This document shows positions 38,911 to 49,585 of a DNA stretch of 64,000 bases, piece by piece. Within the stretch, counting starts at the first letter, position 1. Each line of letters starts with the position of its first letter. This stretch comes from a candidate division WOR-3 bacterium (GTDB lineage: Bacteria; Hydrothermota; Tepidihabitantia; SM23-42). Below the pieces are notes generated by a model. It made no database searches. It had not been told where the DNA came from and saw nothing but the letters and a program-made list of their open reading frames with translations. Both the position numbers and the translations under genes were made by a program. The stretch is from contig CP070686.1 of the NCBI GenBank assembly GCA_020353055.1, positions 638,965 through 702,964 of the forward strand. The letters are read 5' to 3'.

Positions 38911-40788
38911 TCACTCGGCGATTTCATAAATATCGTTACTCCCGATCTGCATCGTAAGCCGCCCTCGTGATTCAATCAATTTTCTCTGTTCCGGGAAGAG
39001 ACCTTGATCATTTCTTTCATTATACTGCAATTCGAAGCCGTGCTTTTGCCATGCAGTCACAATGAGCTGGATACTTCGATCGTTCCGTATGTGCCTCGGA
39101 GGCATGCCTTGACTGATATCCCACAAGGGTGTGCCGGAAAGAAGAGAAATATCATAAGCGCCTGTTGTACCCCATGAACAAAATACATTTCTGTCACGAC
39201 TCTCCACTACATAACTTGCGAGTTGCTCTTGCCCTTGCCGCATAGGAATTGCCCACTCGAACCAGGCGGTATCGGTTATCAATCCTTTGATACTGAAAAC
39301 CATCAAGAGCATCAGAAGAACAGCCACAAAAGAAATTGTGATCGTGGTCCGTTTCTTATTGCTTACGTTTCGCATTCTTTCATTCTGTTCCGTAACGAAA
39401 TGACGAAAAAGATTTGCGCAACAGCCACCGATTAGAATGCAGAAAAACAATATGCCAACAATCAAATGCCTGGGCATACCCATACTATCAAAGAAGACCC
39501 ACCACGCCAGCCATGTACCTGTAGCAAGAAAGACAAAAAGCTTCAGAGGATATCTAAATCTTTCCTTTAGTAGTACGACCATCATGAGTATCATAACACC
39601 AGCGAATACCGGCCATGAAAACAATCTGTCGATGACGAGTAATTTAGCATAAACCGGCACCTCGACAGTTGATGCGAGTGTCATATGTATGTCCGATATG
39701 AACCAATAAGAGAAGATGTGACTCAGTACGGCCTTGGCATTGCCAAATAGAAGAACCTTGGACACTGTGTCCAGCACCCAAACTAGCGCAATACCTATAA
39801 TAGGACCCAACGTGATACCAAAGACCCGATCGCGTGATTTCTTGTTGATTCCTGAAACAAGCCCCGTGACAAGAAAAACAGGCGCGAGTAAAAGCAATGT
39901 AAACTTAAGCCATGTTGAGATACCAATCATCAAGCATGCCAGCAGCAATACCCACCGTGATTTGTAAGAACGCTGATATAACACGAAGATTCCGATCAGT
40001 AAAAATAGACAAGCAACGAACTCGGTCCGTGCTGAATCGGTGGCGATCAGGTGGTAGAATGGCAGCGGCAGCATTGATGCAAAGAATATCGCGTAACCGC
40101 CGGATCGATACCCGAATATTTGTTTAGTGACATACCCGAGAGCAATGATGCAAAGGGCACAGAAGATCGCGTAGAAGATTCTCGCACATAGAATATCCCC
40201 TCCGGCGACAACGCAAAGTATCGCAGGTATATATCGTACGAATGGTTCATCCCAGCGATCCTCTATTCTATTACCGGCCGCATCAATCGGCAGTATATTC
40301 CCGTTTGCTACGTACTCCTGAGCCCCGCCAAAACGAAGCGCAGCGTCAATGGATAGGGGCGTACTGAAAACACTCACGGTTAGCATGGCAATCAGGAAGA
40401 CTGCACCCACTAACCCCAAAACCCTCCCTATCTGTACGTCTTGAATACTGTTAACCAGTTTGATTTTTGTGAGAAATGAACGCAGGTTCTTCGCAAAATT
40501 AGGCAGAATATACCACGCGATCAGCAAAAGTACCCCGCAAGATAATGAAAATATGGCGATGAATCGCAAACGCGCCTGTGCAACGCCCAAACTCTGAAGC
40601 AATGCTTCTGTAACATGGCCGTCCGGACTGAACATCAAAGCAATTCGTGCAACAGCACTCCTATTCGCAAATATCAATTCCGACGCTAAAGTGCCGGCAC
40701 CCAGAACCACCGCACAGAGTGCTATTACGTGTATAGTAATACTATATCTTTTCCAGCCCGACATTCGGCATGAACCGCCCATAATCAA
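38911..40788 (-). CDS. Large polytopic membrane protein with C-terminal soluble domain, possibly a GT-C-type glycosyltransferase
   Basis: More than 12 hydrophobic segments. A loop carries RWDEPFVRY (DE..Y-like). The roughly 110-aa hydrophilic C-terminal domain is unassigned. Confidence 0.3.
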   Translation of the reverse strand: MIMGGSCRMSGWKRYSITIHVIALCAVVLGAGTLASELIFANRSAVARIALMFSPDGHVTEALLQSLGVAQARLRFIAIFSLSCGVLLLIAWYILPNFAKNLRSFLTKIKLVNSIQDVQIGRVLGLVGAVFLIAMLTVSVFSTPLSIDAALRFGGAQEYVANGNILPIDAAGNRIEDRWDEPFVRYIPAILCVVAGGDILCARIFYAIFCALCIIALGYVTKQIFGYRSGGYAIFFASMLPLPFYHLIATDSARTEFVACLFLLIGIFVLYQRSYKSRWVLLLACLMIGISTWLKFTLLLLAPVFLVTGLVSGINKKSRDRVFGITLGPIIGIALVWVLDTVSKVLLFGNAKAVLSHIFSYWFISDIHMTLASTVEVPVYAKLLVIDRLFSWPVFAGVMILMMVVLLKERFRYPLKLFVFLATGTWLAWWVFFDSMGMPRHLIVGILFFCILIGGCCANLFRHFVTEQNERMRNVSNKKRTTITISFVAVLLMLLMVFSIKGLITDTAWFEWAIPMRQGQEQLASYVVESRDRNVFCSWGTTGAYDISLLSGTPLWDISQGMPPRHIRNDRSIQLIVTAWQKHGFELQYNERNDQGLFPEQRKLIESRGRLTMQIGSNDIYEIAE

Positions 40789-40821
40789 TACACTCCTTCC
40801 ATGAACACCACAAGCTATGTG

Positions 40822-41817
40822 CTACTTTCTAAACGCATATACAACTCCACCCATAAGGCTTGTTGCCATGGCTATGGCGTAGACTAAAAGGGACATGGAA
40901 ATCGCTTCGGCACCTGATACGCCGACTCTGGTAAAGAAAAAAAGAAATGCCCCCTCGCGAATACCTATGCCATTCAGAGATATTGGCAACATTTCAAAGA
41001 TACCGATGAGCGGGCAGAACAAGAAGAAATAGATCACGGGGATATTCAGATGAAGAGACTGTGAAACTACGTAGACCACGATCACAACCGACAAAATCTG
41101 GTATACAAAGGACAATACTACAACCTTAATCAGACACCGTTTATCGTCCTTGTACAGGTAAATCGCGCGATGCATCTCGGCAAATTTATTCCGTAATTTG
41201 GTTGACCTCAGGATTGTTAAAATTCCGGAGAGCGATTTGAAGAGTCTTTTGTTGAATATAACAAACAGGGCGCACACATATCCTACAAAGAGACATATAA
41301 TTAGTACGATAATTCCGCGATCAACAATTATACCATAGCCAATCAGCAATGTCAGAATCGAAATCGTCAACAATGCCAGTAATCCACTTCCTCTCTCAAG
41401 AAAGACGGATGCGATGGACGCGGGCGTATTTTTGCTTAATCTTGACACGCTGTAGATCTTGTACGCCTCTCCTCCGATGGTTGAAAGGAAATTCCTCAAG
41501 AACATACTCACGAAATAAAACGATACAAGCGTCACAAGGCCTACGTCTATGCGGTGCACAGACAAAAGCATTTGCCATTTGTAAGAGCTTATGAAAACAC
41601 CAACCAGAAAAAGCATTAGGGCAGTAACGAGATACCCAATGTTTACTGAACTCACCGTATGACGCAAATCCACGAGGCCGACCTTGTGGAGCAGAAAGGC
41701 GATGAGCAAAGCACTAATGACGATTCTGAGAACTCTCAGCAGCAGTCCTTTACGCATTCTGATCATGTTATTGGCTCCGGTCGCTCGTTTCAATGTTGTG
41801 CAATGGCAAATGGTCAT
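40822..41817 (-). CDS. UPF0104 / flippase-like (lysyl-PG synthase TM-region-like) membrane protein
   Basis: N-terminus LRVLRIVISALLIAFLLHKVGLVDLRHTV, 8 TM-like segments, about 331 aa. It lies directly downstream of the ArnC-like GT2. Confidence 0.5.
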   Translation of the reverse strand: MTICHCTTLKRATGANNMIRMRKGLLLRVLRIVISALLIAFLLHKVGLVDLRHTVSSVNIGYLVTALMLFLVGVFISSYKWQMLLSVHRIDVGLVTLVSFYFVSMFLRNFLSTIGGEAYKIYSVSRLSKNTPASIASVFLERGSGLLALLTISILTLLIGYGIIVDRGIIVLIICLFVGYVCALFVIFNKRLFKSLSGILTILRSTKLRNKFAEMHRAIYLYKDDKRCLIKVVVLSFVYQILSVVIVVYVVSQSLHLNIPVIYFFLFCPLIGIFEMLPISLNGIGIREGAFLFFFTRVGVSGAEAISMSLLVYAIAMATSLMGGVVYAFRK

Positions 41818-41856
41818 TGAATAACAGCATGCTCTGATATTGTTTTTGGCTTTGTC

Positions 41857-42828
41857 CTAATCCAGAAAGTCTCTGATGCAATAAATCTTCCTATCATGGG
41901 ATTCGTAATAGATTCTAATAATCAACTCACCTATCAAACCCATGGCAATGAATTGCACACCTACAACGATCAGCAAGATCGCAAGTAGCATAAGTGGACG
42001 GCCGGCTAACTCGGCACCCCGAAATAACTTCAAATACGTTAAATAGGAGGCAATACAGAACCCCGTAAAACCAGTAATGAGTCCAAACAGCCCGAATATC
42101 TGCATCGGACGGGTCGAAAAACGCAATAGGAATTCCACCGTGAAAAGATCCAGGAGGACTCTGAGGGTCCTTGAAATACCGTATTTCGCAACACCATGTC
42201 GACGGGGATGGTGTGCAACCGGGATTTCCACGATCCTAGCTCCATTAAGAGACGCCAACGCGGGAATGAACCTGTGTAATTCACCATACAGATGAATATT
42301 CTTCACCGTATTACGCCTGTATGCCTTCAAGGTACAGCCGTAGTCATGTAATTTGACACCTGTTACTGTCGAAATTATGAAATTTGCAATATGGGACGGT
42401 ATTTTCCTCGTTATCAGCGTGTCTTTTCTGCACTTCCTCCATCCGCTGACAATATCGAATCCTTCTTCAAGTCTCTGAAGTAACACCGGGATATCTCCAG
42501 GATCGTTCTGCAAATCACCATCCATAGTTACTATCACATCACCGCGCGAGATATCGAATCCAGCGGCCAATGCTGCACTCTGACCATAATTACGCCTGAA
42601 TCGTATGACTTTAACGTGATTGTCTTTGTCATGCAAGGTTTTAAGAATTTCGAACGTTCCATCATCGCTTCCGTCATCCACAAAGATAATCTCGTAACTC
42701 AGTTTTAGTGATGCTTTGACAACTGTGTCTATTTTACCGTACAGTGCCGCTATGTTTTCGGCCTCGTTGTATACAGGAACTACAATTGATAATCTAAGGT
42801 CGTTAGTTCTTTCGGTCATCATTGCCAC
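41857..42828 (-). CDS. Polyprenyl-phosphate glycosyltransferase (GT2; ArnC/GtrB/DPM1-like Und-P-sugar synthase)
   Basis: LSIVVPVYNEAENI...IIFVDDGSDDGT...RFRRNYGQSAALAAGFDISRGDVIVTMDGDLQNDP, plus two C-terminal TM helices. Confidence 0.85.
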   Translation of the reverse strand: MAMMTERTNDLRLSIVVPVYNEAENIAALYGKIDTVVKASLKLSYEIIFVDDGSDDGTFEILKTLHDKDNHVKVIRFRRNYGQSAALAAGFDISRGDVIVTMDGDLQNDPGDIPVLLQRLEEGFDIVSGWRKCRKDTLITRKIPSHIANFIISTVTGVKLHDYGCTLKAYRRNTVKNIHLYGELHRFIPALASLNGARIVEIPVAHHPRRHGVAKYGISRTLRVLLDLFTVEFLLRFSTRPMQIFGLFGLITGFTGFCIASYLTYLKLFRGAELAGRPLMLLAILLIVVGVQFIAMGLIGELIIRIYYESHDRKIYCIRDFLD

Positions 42829-44272
42829 CTGCCCTGTTTCTATGGCTTACATATCTTACTGCAAACTGAGAAATTGCCAAAAAAATCGATACAAAGAATA
42901 TTCCAGTCTGACTACCACTAAGCCCAAAAAACTGGTATGTAGAAAAATGAGCAACCAGCATTGCCGTAAAAACGCTTAACAGTACTTGTAGGGACCGCCT
43001 ATGAGAGCTGTTGAAAGAAACTCTACGCGCAGCCCCGTGGACCATTTTGAAATAGCCCCACCAGAGATACGAGAATAGCATAAACCCTATGATTCCCACC
43101 TGCAATAACATATTGAAATTACCCACGTGTGCATCATTGTATTTTACGTATGAGTCAGAAAAACCCCACCCCAGTAACCAATTTTGCTTTATTCCCTCAA
43201 CTACGTGGGGCAACCTGACCGAGTATCTCTGATCAAAGGAAGTATCCACGCTGAATCTTCCCTGCATAACACTCGACAAGCGGCTAACGCGTACCCAGGA
43301 ATCCGTAAATCGTTCTTTCAGAGGGGTCACGTTCACGACGATGAGCAATAACAAACCAACGACAGACGCGATGTGAATATATCCTCTTGCACTTCTCTTA
43401 ATGAATATTAAATAGAACAGCAGCATGAGCGAGAACATTATTACCCAAATTCTCGTCGCGGACATGAATATGGACAAGCAACTGAGCACCATTACTACAT
43501 ACAAATAGACTCTGGTAAGTCTTCTCTTTTCGTGCTGCAAGAGAAACAGCGAGAATGCAAACGCAAAAAAAATCAGCACAACACCGCCCATGACAGGACG
43601 AAGCATACCGGTCTCGGTGTATGCAAGTTCACGTTGTCCAGCACTCAGAAGGTTCACGAATTCATTGCCCGAAAGGACGAAATAGACCTGGGTGAAAAGT
43701 ATGAAGAAAACCACCGGGAAAATAAGATGCATGAATCTACGGACCTGTTCCCAATCATATATTAGAAAGAGGAAGGAAAGAATCGCTGAATACATAAATG
43801 TACTGCGCAACATATTCGCGAGCACATTGATATCTGAACCATAAACAACTATAGACATAACCAACAGGAATATCCCATACAAAAGAACATAGGTAAGCGG
43901 TCTTTTCATTATCAGATCACATTTCCGGCCGTATACTAACGCCTTCACAAAAACCAAGAACACGAATAGATCCATGGGCGTGAGCGAAGTGCTCGGGAGA
44001 AATGTATAAATGGGCACGCGAGCCGTAGCTCCAATGCTGTATGCTTTGAACAACCACCCGGGTTGTGCTATGATGATAAAAAAGAAAGCGAACCAGAAAT
44101 AGTCTTTCTTTGTCAACAGAAATATAACCAGCACAACCAAGAAGAAAATCTTTGCGGCCTGCTGACTCATGAAATATATTGTATAAACAGAAGCAAAAAG
44201 CAGTATCGCCAGCAGGGCTAAGTCAATCACTAAGCGTGGTGGGTGTTTTTGCCTATTAAACGCTGGATTCAT
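42803..44272 (-). CDS. O-antigen ligase / Wzy-type polymerase family membrane protein
   Basis: About 10 TM segments. The periplasmic loop YNDAHVGNFNMLLQVGIIGFMLF fits the Wzy_C signature (H-N...E/Q-G..G). Confidence 0.55.
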   Translation of the reverse strand: MNPAFNRQKHPPRLVIDLALLAILLFASVYTIYFMSQQAAKIFFLVVLVIFLLTKKDYFWFAFFFIIIAQPGWLFKAYSIGATARVPIYTFLPSTSLTPMDLFVFLVFVKALVYGRKCDLIMKRPLTYVLLYGIFLLVMSIVVYGSDINVLANMLRSTFMYSAILSFLFLIYDWEQVRRFMHLIFPVVFFILFTQVYFVLSGNEFVNLLSAGQRELAYTETGMLRPVMGGVVLIFFAFAFSLFLLQHEKRRLTRVYLYVVMVLSCLSIFMSATRIWVIMFSLMLLFYLIFIKRSARGYIHIASVVGLLLLIVVNVTPLKERFTDSWVRVSRLSSVMQGRFSVDTSFDQRYSVRLPHVVEGIKQNWLLGWGFSDSYVKYNDAHVGNFNMLLQVGIIGFMLFSYLWWGYFKMVHGAARRVSFNSSHRRSLQVLLSVFTAMLVAHFSTYQFFGLSGSQTGIFFVSIFLAISQFAVRYVSHRNRAGGNDDRKN

Positions 44273-44317
44273 TTTTCGATTGATACCCGATGTGACATTA
44301 AAAGGGGTCTACGGTGC

Positions 44318-45658
44318 CTATTGGACATTCTGCAAAACATTACCACTTTTGCGCTTGGTCAATTCATATATCTGCAACATACCATATGAAGCCAATATGA
44401 TGATGAACGAGTCAATCGGATTTCTGTACCTCGTGAGCGCCCATTGCATTACGTGCAGCAACGTCTGAACGCACAAGGGAAATAGTAGAAACCAGACAAC
44501 TTTCTTTCTTTTAAGGAAAAGATCCATAATTCCCCAAACCATGAATGGCAAGAGCAATCCATATAGTAGTATACTGGCCAAATTGTGTCTCGTACTCCAA
44601 TATACGAACCGGCAATCAGGAAAGGGTCTGTACGCATAATTGAACCTGAATGGCCGCCAAAATTCCTTGAATTGAAACCATTTTCTTTGCAGGAATGTTG
44701 AATCCGGATAGACATTTTTCTTTATCGCATCGATTTCTTGAGGCGTTCGATTATTCGGATTCATATTTTGTTTTATAAAAATCCTTTCTTCCTCTGAGGG
44801 ATAATCATCCTTATGAGTCTGGCTGATAATTCCGAAATTCATCACGTTGACCTTCAACTGTCTTTCTATACTTTTATCCCTATCTTGAGGCGTTCTTAGA
44901 TCAAGAGTCCTTACGTTTATTAATACAAAACTGTTGTAAGCCAGGTAATTTCTGATCGTCCACGGGACCATAAATAAGACAGTAAGAACCACAAATAGAA
45001 AATAGTATCGTACCCCTTGCCAGAAGCGCCGATATACGACGAAGAGGATGACAAGAAAAGGAACGTAGAAGAGATACCTCGGGTCAGTGTGTATGAGGAC
45101 AGCAAATATCACCAAAATCAGCCAGAAATATCTCGAAATTCCTTTGTTATAGGTAAGATACCGATGGAAATAATAGAAAAACAGAATTACCAAGAAGAAA
45201 ATCATGGTTTCCGCCATCAACATCCTCACGTATTCCAAGTAATAAAGATAAATACCGGACCAAGCGAGCGATAGAAATGCAACTTTATCATTGAATATAT
45301 GCCTACTCAGTTTATAGATGAAAAAGCAGGTCAGCGTACTTATGAATGCGTGGAATATGTATACTGCAACAAGGTTATTGATACCGCACAAAAGATAGAT
45401 GGCGGCAACGACTATCGGATAGAAGGGTGCCCGGAATGCACCGTAAAAATCAGGGTTGGTCAACCAGTCCTCATTCTGAACGATCGCGGTTGCATAGCCG
45501 TTATAGCTCGTTGCATCTGCAATATTAACATCCGGATACCCCCACTTTACAGCCACCACGATTCTTAGCAGCAGAATGACCAACAGCATTAGTATGACTG
45601 GTCGATATTTCTGCCAGACAAAATACTGATTATATTTCATATTCGAAAATCCGGCCAT
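44318..45658 (-). CDS. GT-C fold membrane glycosyltransferase (PMT_2/ArnT-like, GT39/GT83-type)
   Basis: The first periplasmic loop PDVNIADATSYNGYATAIV parallels ArnT PDETRYAEISREM. About 11 TM segments. Confidence 0.5.
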   Translation of the reverse strand: MAGFSNMKYNQYFVWQKYRPVILMLLVILLLRIVVAVKWGYPDVNIADATSYNGYATAIVQNEDWLTNPDFYGAFRAPFYPIVVAAIYLLCGINNLVAVYIFHAFISTLTCFFIYKLSRHIFNDKVAFLSLAWSGIYLYYLEYVRMLMAETMIFFLVILFFYYFHRYLTYNKGISRYFWLILVIFAVLIHTDPRYLFYVPFLVILFVVYRRFWQGVRYYFLFVVLTVLFMVPWTIRNYLAYNSFVLINVRTLDLRTPQDRDKSIERQLKVNVMNFGIISQTHKDDYPSEEERIFIKQNMNPNNRTPQEIDAIKKNVYPDSTFLQRKWFQFKEFWRPFRFNYAYRPFPDCRFVYWSTRHNLASILLYGLLLPFMVWGIMDLFLKRKKVVWFLLFPLCVQTLLHVMQWALTRYRNPIDSFIIILASYGMLQIYELTKRKSGNVLQNVQ

Positions 45659-45803
45659 CTCTAATAATTATTCCCTATATATGTAGAAATGCATTACCCA
45701 ATCCGCAAACTCCCCCATCCTCCGATTGCCATGCCTTTGCTTCAAACAATAACCTCCACAATTTCCTTTCTCACACTCTACCAAGCAACATGGACATACA
45801 ACA

Positions 45804-46949
45804 CTAACTGAACATCAAGTAATTAGTAAACATCTTACCCAAATACCGAGGGTTCATGAGCATATTCGAATATGCTTGATTTGCCAAAGGGCAACAACAG
45901 CGACCATCCCTTATGTACTTCCGTACTTTCCTTGCCTTTCTCGAACCATATAGCGCGTAATAGTCATATCTGAAATCCCGAAGGTTACCTAATGAGTGTG
46001 CATAACCGAGAACACAACAGGGCCACAGCTCTCCATCATAGTTCAGATGGATATTCGATATACCTGCATAGCAAGGTATGACCTGTTTTCGTTCCCTGAG
46101 TATTTTCAACGCCAAATCATAGTAAACCAATCTCATTGATTCGGTCATCTTGGCAAGAGGCCTCTTGGTACTCAAATTCTTTTTGATCTTTTTTGTAAAA
46201 CTCACCATGAGTTTTTTGTACACTTCATCTGACGGCGTGATGTTCTCCCCGATGTTGAAGAACTCCTCACGCTGCTCCGCAATTTCGTTACGATAACTCT
46301 GTACACCTTGACTGTGCACCCAGTCTTCGATCTCGGTAAGATCAGCAACATTATAATTAGACACGACCGTGCCCAACTCGAGATGAAAATTCGGGTGTTC
46401 TTCCTCGATGACTTTCAATCTCTTGATAGTTTCTTCCAACCTCTCGAAGTTACCCTTCAACCCTCTGATTTCATCGTGCCTTTCACCAATGCCGTCGATG
46501 GAAGGTTTGACAGTCAGCGGGATCGTATGGTTGTATTTACTCATGGTCTCCAAAATCGTTCTCGTCATAGCGTCGATTCTCTCGGGAAGAAAGGCATTCG
46601 TCGGGATATGCACGATCCGGGGTTTGAGATATTGCATTGCGAGTTCAACAATCTCAGGCAAATCTCTTCGCAGGTATGGCTCACCCCCGCTGATGTTAAG
46701 ATAGTAAACCCGTCCTAAATTTTGAAATGTTTTCTCTATCTCCCCCAAACTCAGACTTTTTGCCTTAATTTCCTTGGCATTTTTCCTAAATTCCCTCCCA
46801 ATGTGGCAAGTTTTACACTCTGATTGACACATCCCCGTCACCGAAAACGTAATAGCGACCGGAGGACAAGCGCTCGCTTTATCATTCCGCGCCAACCTAC
46901 AGCGTATGATCATCGGTATAATGGAAAGTGTGTCGGTATTGATCCTCAT
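45804..46949 (-). CDS. Radical SAM enzyme with Cys-rich SPASM/twitch-like C-terminus
   Basis: CQSECKTC (CxxxCxxC). GGEP motif in NISGGEPYL. C-terminal Cys cluster IPCYAG...WPCCVLG...DGRCCCPLAN. Confidence 0.7.
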   Translation of the reverse strand: MRINTDTLSIIPMIIRCRLARNDKASACPPVAITFSVTGMCQSECKTCHIGREFRKNAKEIKAKSLSLGEIEKTFQNLGRVYYLNISGGEPYLRRDLPEIVELAMQYLKPRIVHIPTNAFLPERIDAMTRTILETMSKYNHTIPLTVKPSIDGIGERHDEIRGLKGNFERLEETIKRLKVIEEEHPNFHLELGTVVSNYNVADLTEIEDWVHSQGVQSYRNEIAEQREEFFNIGENITPSDEVYKKLMVSFTKKIKKNLSTKRPLAKMTESMRLVYYDLALKILRERKQVIPCYAGISNIHLNYDGELWPCCVLGYAHSLGNLRDFRYDYYALYGSRKARKVRKYIRDGRCCCPLANQAYSNMLMNPRYLGKMFTNYLMFS

Positions 46950-48385
46950 CCTCGCTCTATATGTACTCTTTGACGAAATAGATTCGCCAGGATCTCGAAA
47001 TCGGGCTGTCTGACTTCCCGTGTAGCATAGAGCACTACTACGTATAAAGTGTAGAGTGCGATAAATTTTACTACAAAACTGACTGGAATACTTATTGTCA
47101 CAATAGCAACAAGCAGTACGGCAGTCAAGGCGATCCCCACTTTTGCGATACTACCCACCTCGACTGAAAGACCATGTCTTCTCCGGACATAAAAGAAAGG
47201 CAGAATTACAATGACCGCCGCAGATATCATCGTTGATATAGCGCCACCTATCGGACCGATTACCGGAACAAGTATGGTATTCGTGATAACTGCAGCAGCA
47301 ATACCCAATAGCGAATACAAAACCATTGTTCTTTCTCCTTCCATACCGATCATTATGCTTGAGAACACATAAGCTATACCCAATAACATCAGCCCCCATA
47401 TCAAGACCGCCAGTATCATTCCTGCATCTCTGTATTCACTTCCATAGACTAATCCAATAATGTCATGACTGTATATGGATATTAGAAGGATCACCGGTAA
47501 TATCATCAGCAAAGAGTATCTCACGACATCATCAATATACTTAACCATTTGCTTTGATTCACCGCTCGTAAAAGTAGAGGAAACAAAGGGTAGAAGAACG
47601 ATCCCAAAAGCCGCGAAGTACCAGTAAATCAATCTTGAAATTGTCGCTGCCGAGGTATAGTATCCTGCGAATCGGCCGTCTGTGATGAATAGTTTCACTG
47701 CAAGCAGATCCGCGTTCATTATTACGGTCATAGCGCCGAACATCACCATTATCGGCAAGGCGTGTCTCAACAGGCTATTGATCCGTACATTAGTGTATTC
47801 GCTACCAGGCACGTCTCGTGTTAATATCGTACCCAGGACAAATGCGAAGACAGCACCAAGCAAGAATCCCAGCAGGCCTCCAATAACGCCCATCCCCATG
47901 TAAACCAATAAAACAGCTGCAAGTGCTTTCGCGATACCGTAACCACCCATTAAAACGTTTTCTGCCCTGAATTTTTTCAATCCGTTCAGCACACCCATAT
48001 TAACGAAAAACAAACTCTGCACCACGATAACGACAGCTACAATATACAGGGGCATCACCAGCTGCGGGTCATTGAACACGGCTGCCAGATATTTAGTAAA
48101 CAAAACCAACATAAAACCCAAAACCAATGAAATGCAAACTTGAACAACCAACGCCTTTTGCAGAAAATATTTTGCACTACCCGGTTTCTTCGATACAGAG
48201 TTTGAAACTGATTGCCTTACACCGTTGCCAAGCACTACATAGCAAATCGTAATGATCGCAATACAGATTCCGAAGGTACCATATCTTGCAGGACCCAGCA
48301 GACGCGCCAGGCAAATATGCATTACATAACCGCCAAGCACGAATATCAATCTAGAAATGAGACTGTATATTACACCCTTTGACAC
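46946..48385 (-). CDS. Second MOP-superfamily flippase (Wzx-like polysaccharide biosynthesis protein)
   Basis: 479 aa. 12-14 hydrophobic segments. N-terminus IYSLISRLIFVLGGYVMHICLARLLGPARYGTFG. Confidence 0.65.
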   Translation of the reverse strand: MSKGVIYSLISRLIFVLGGYVMHICLARLLGPARYGTFGICIAIITICYVVLGNGVRQSVSNSVSKKPGSAKYFLQKALVVQVCISLVLGFMLVLFTKYLAAVFNDPQLVMPLYIVAVVIVVQSLFFVNMGVLNGLKKFRAENVLMGGYGIAKALAAVLLVYMGMGVIGGLLGFLLGAVFAFVLGTILTRDVPGSEYTNVRINSLLRHALPIMVMFGAMTVIMNADLLAVKLFITDGRFAGYYTSAATISRLIYWYFAAFGIVLLPFVSSTFTSGESKQMVKYIDDVVRYSLLMILPVILLISIYSHDIIGLVYGSEYRDAGMILAVLIWGLMLLGIAYVFSSIMIGMEGERTMVLYSLLGIAAAVITNTILVPVIGPIGGAISTMISAAVIVILPFFYVRRRHGLSVEVGSIAKVGIALTAVLLVAIVTISIPVSFVVKFIALYTLYVVVLYATREVRQPDFEILANLFRQRVHIERG

Positions 48386-49509
48386 TATACCGCCGCGCTT
48401 TTCGCAGATTTGTCTGCTTTAAGATACGTGTAGTCCGCAACAGCAAAATCTAGCATTTCCATCGTCCTTACCACCTCAAGACCATCTTCACCATTAACCG
48501 GCATTGGATCATCGCGACGCAGAGCGCTATAGAAAGCACGCATAAGACCAAGATGACCCGGGCGCCGCTTGAGCCTACCCGCTGCTATCCGCACCGAATT
48601 GCCTATTGTCTGCCATACCTTTTGCATTGACTGTTCCAATGTAGATGCCATGCGTGCGGCGGTAAGTGGCAGGAAATCACGTATGCGCTCAATTGAATAC
48701 GTAAGGTCCATCATGTTTATATGCAAAGCCGCTTCACTACCATAGATGTCGATACCAAAATGACCGTATGGCATATTGTCGGTCACAAAAACCCTGGCAA
48801 CCGCTGCTTCACATTTAAGTTGAACCATCCACGAATGGATTGAATACGTCGTTTGTGAGTGACTGGAGTTGGTGCCGTGAATAAGCTGTAAACGGTTACA
48901 CGAACCGGCAAAAGACTGAAGAAGATAGACGGTATGGGGCATGAACTCACCTGCCGTCCCGCTCTTCAGCGTATGAACCCAGTGCTCGGGTGAATGCAAT
49001 CCCTCCACTTCCATCTTTCTATATTCATAGAAATGCCTGCCTTCAACACAAATAACTTCTCCAAGAAAACCTCTCCGGACGATCTCATGTGCCTTGATGA
49101 TCGTCGGGTCAAACATATGATTGTGCATCATACACAGTCTGGTTCCTGTTCTATTACGAATTTCGAGTATTTGTTGCGCATCCTCCACGGTCGTCGCCAT
49201 CGGTTTATCAAGCATGATATGACAGCCCTTTTCCATTGCCTGGATTGCAAGTGTGGCATGTGTTGCTGGCGGGGTGATAATGTGAACAACATCGGGTGTA
49301 TGATTGTTAAGCAGTTTATTGAAATCTGCATTCACAAGCGAGTCGCTCCCACTTTGTTGCGCCATCTTGTAAGCACGATTCTCGTCCTTGTCACAAAACC
49401 ACAGCACCTCAATATCCGGCACGACACGTAGCGCTCTCAAGTGATGTTTTGATCCCACCCCGCAACCGACTATTCCAACGGTTATTCTATTCAAACTCGC
49501 ACTTCGCAC
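48385..49509 (-). CDS. Gfo/Idh/MocA-family NAD(P)-dependent sugar oxidoreductase (WbpB-like)
   Basis: ITVGIVGCGVGSKHHLRAL Rossmann motif. DKP motif in ML-DKPMA. Confidence 0.75.
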   Translation of the reverse strand: MRSASLNRITVGIVGCGVGSKHHLRALRVVPDIEVLWFCDKDENRAYKMAQQSGSDSLVNADFNKLLNNHTPDVVHIITPPATHATLAIQAMEKGCHIMLDKPMATTVEDAQQILEIRNRTGTRLCMMHNHMFDPTIIKAHEIVRRGFLGEVICVEGRHFYEYRKMEVEGLHSPEHWVHTLKSGTAGEFMPHTVYLLQSFAGSCNRLQLIHGTNSSHSQTTYSIHSWMVQLKCEAAVARVFVTDNMPYGHFGIDIYGSEAALHINMMDLTYSIERIRDFLPLTAARMASTLEQSMQKVWQTIGNSVRIAAGRLKRRPGHLGLMRAFYSALRRDDPMPVNGEDGLEVVRTMEMLDFAVADYTYLKADKSAKSAAV

Positions 49510-49585
49510 AGGACCTACATTTTGACCAAGTATGCTATTGAAAGTAGATTCGTTATCTCTGGCATTTCTATGATATTACGAGCGG

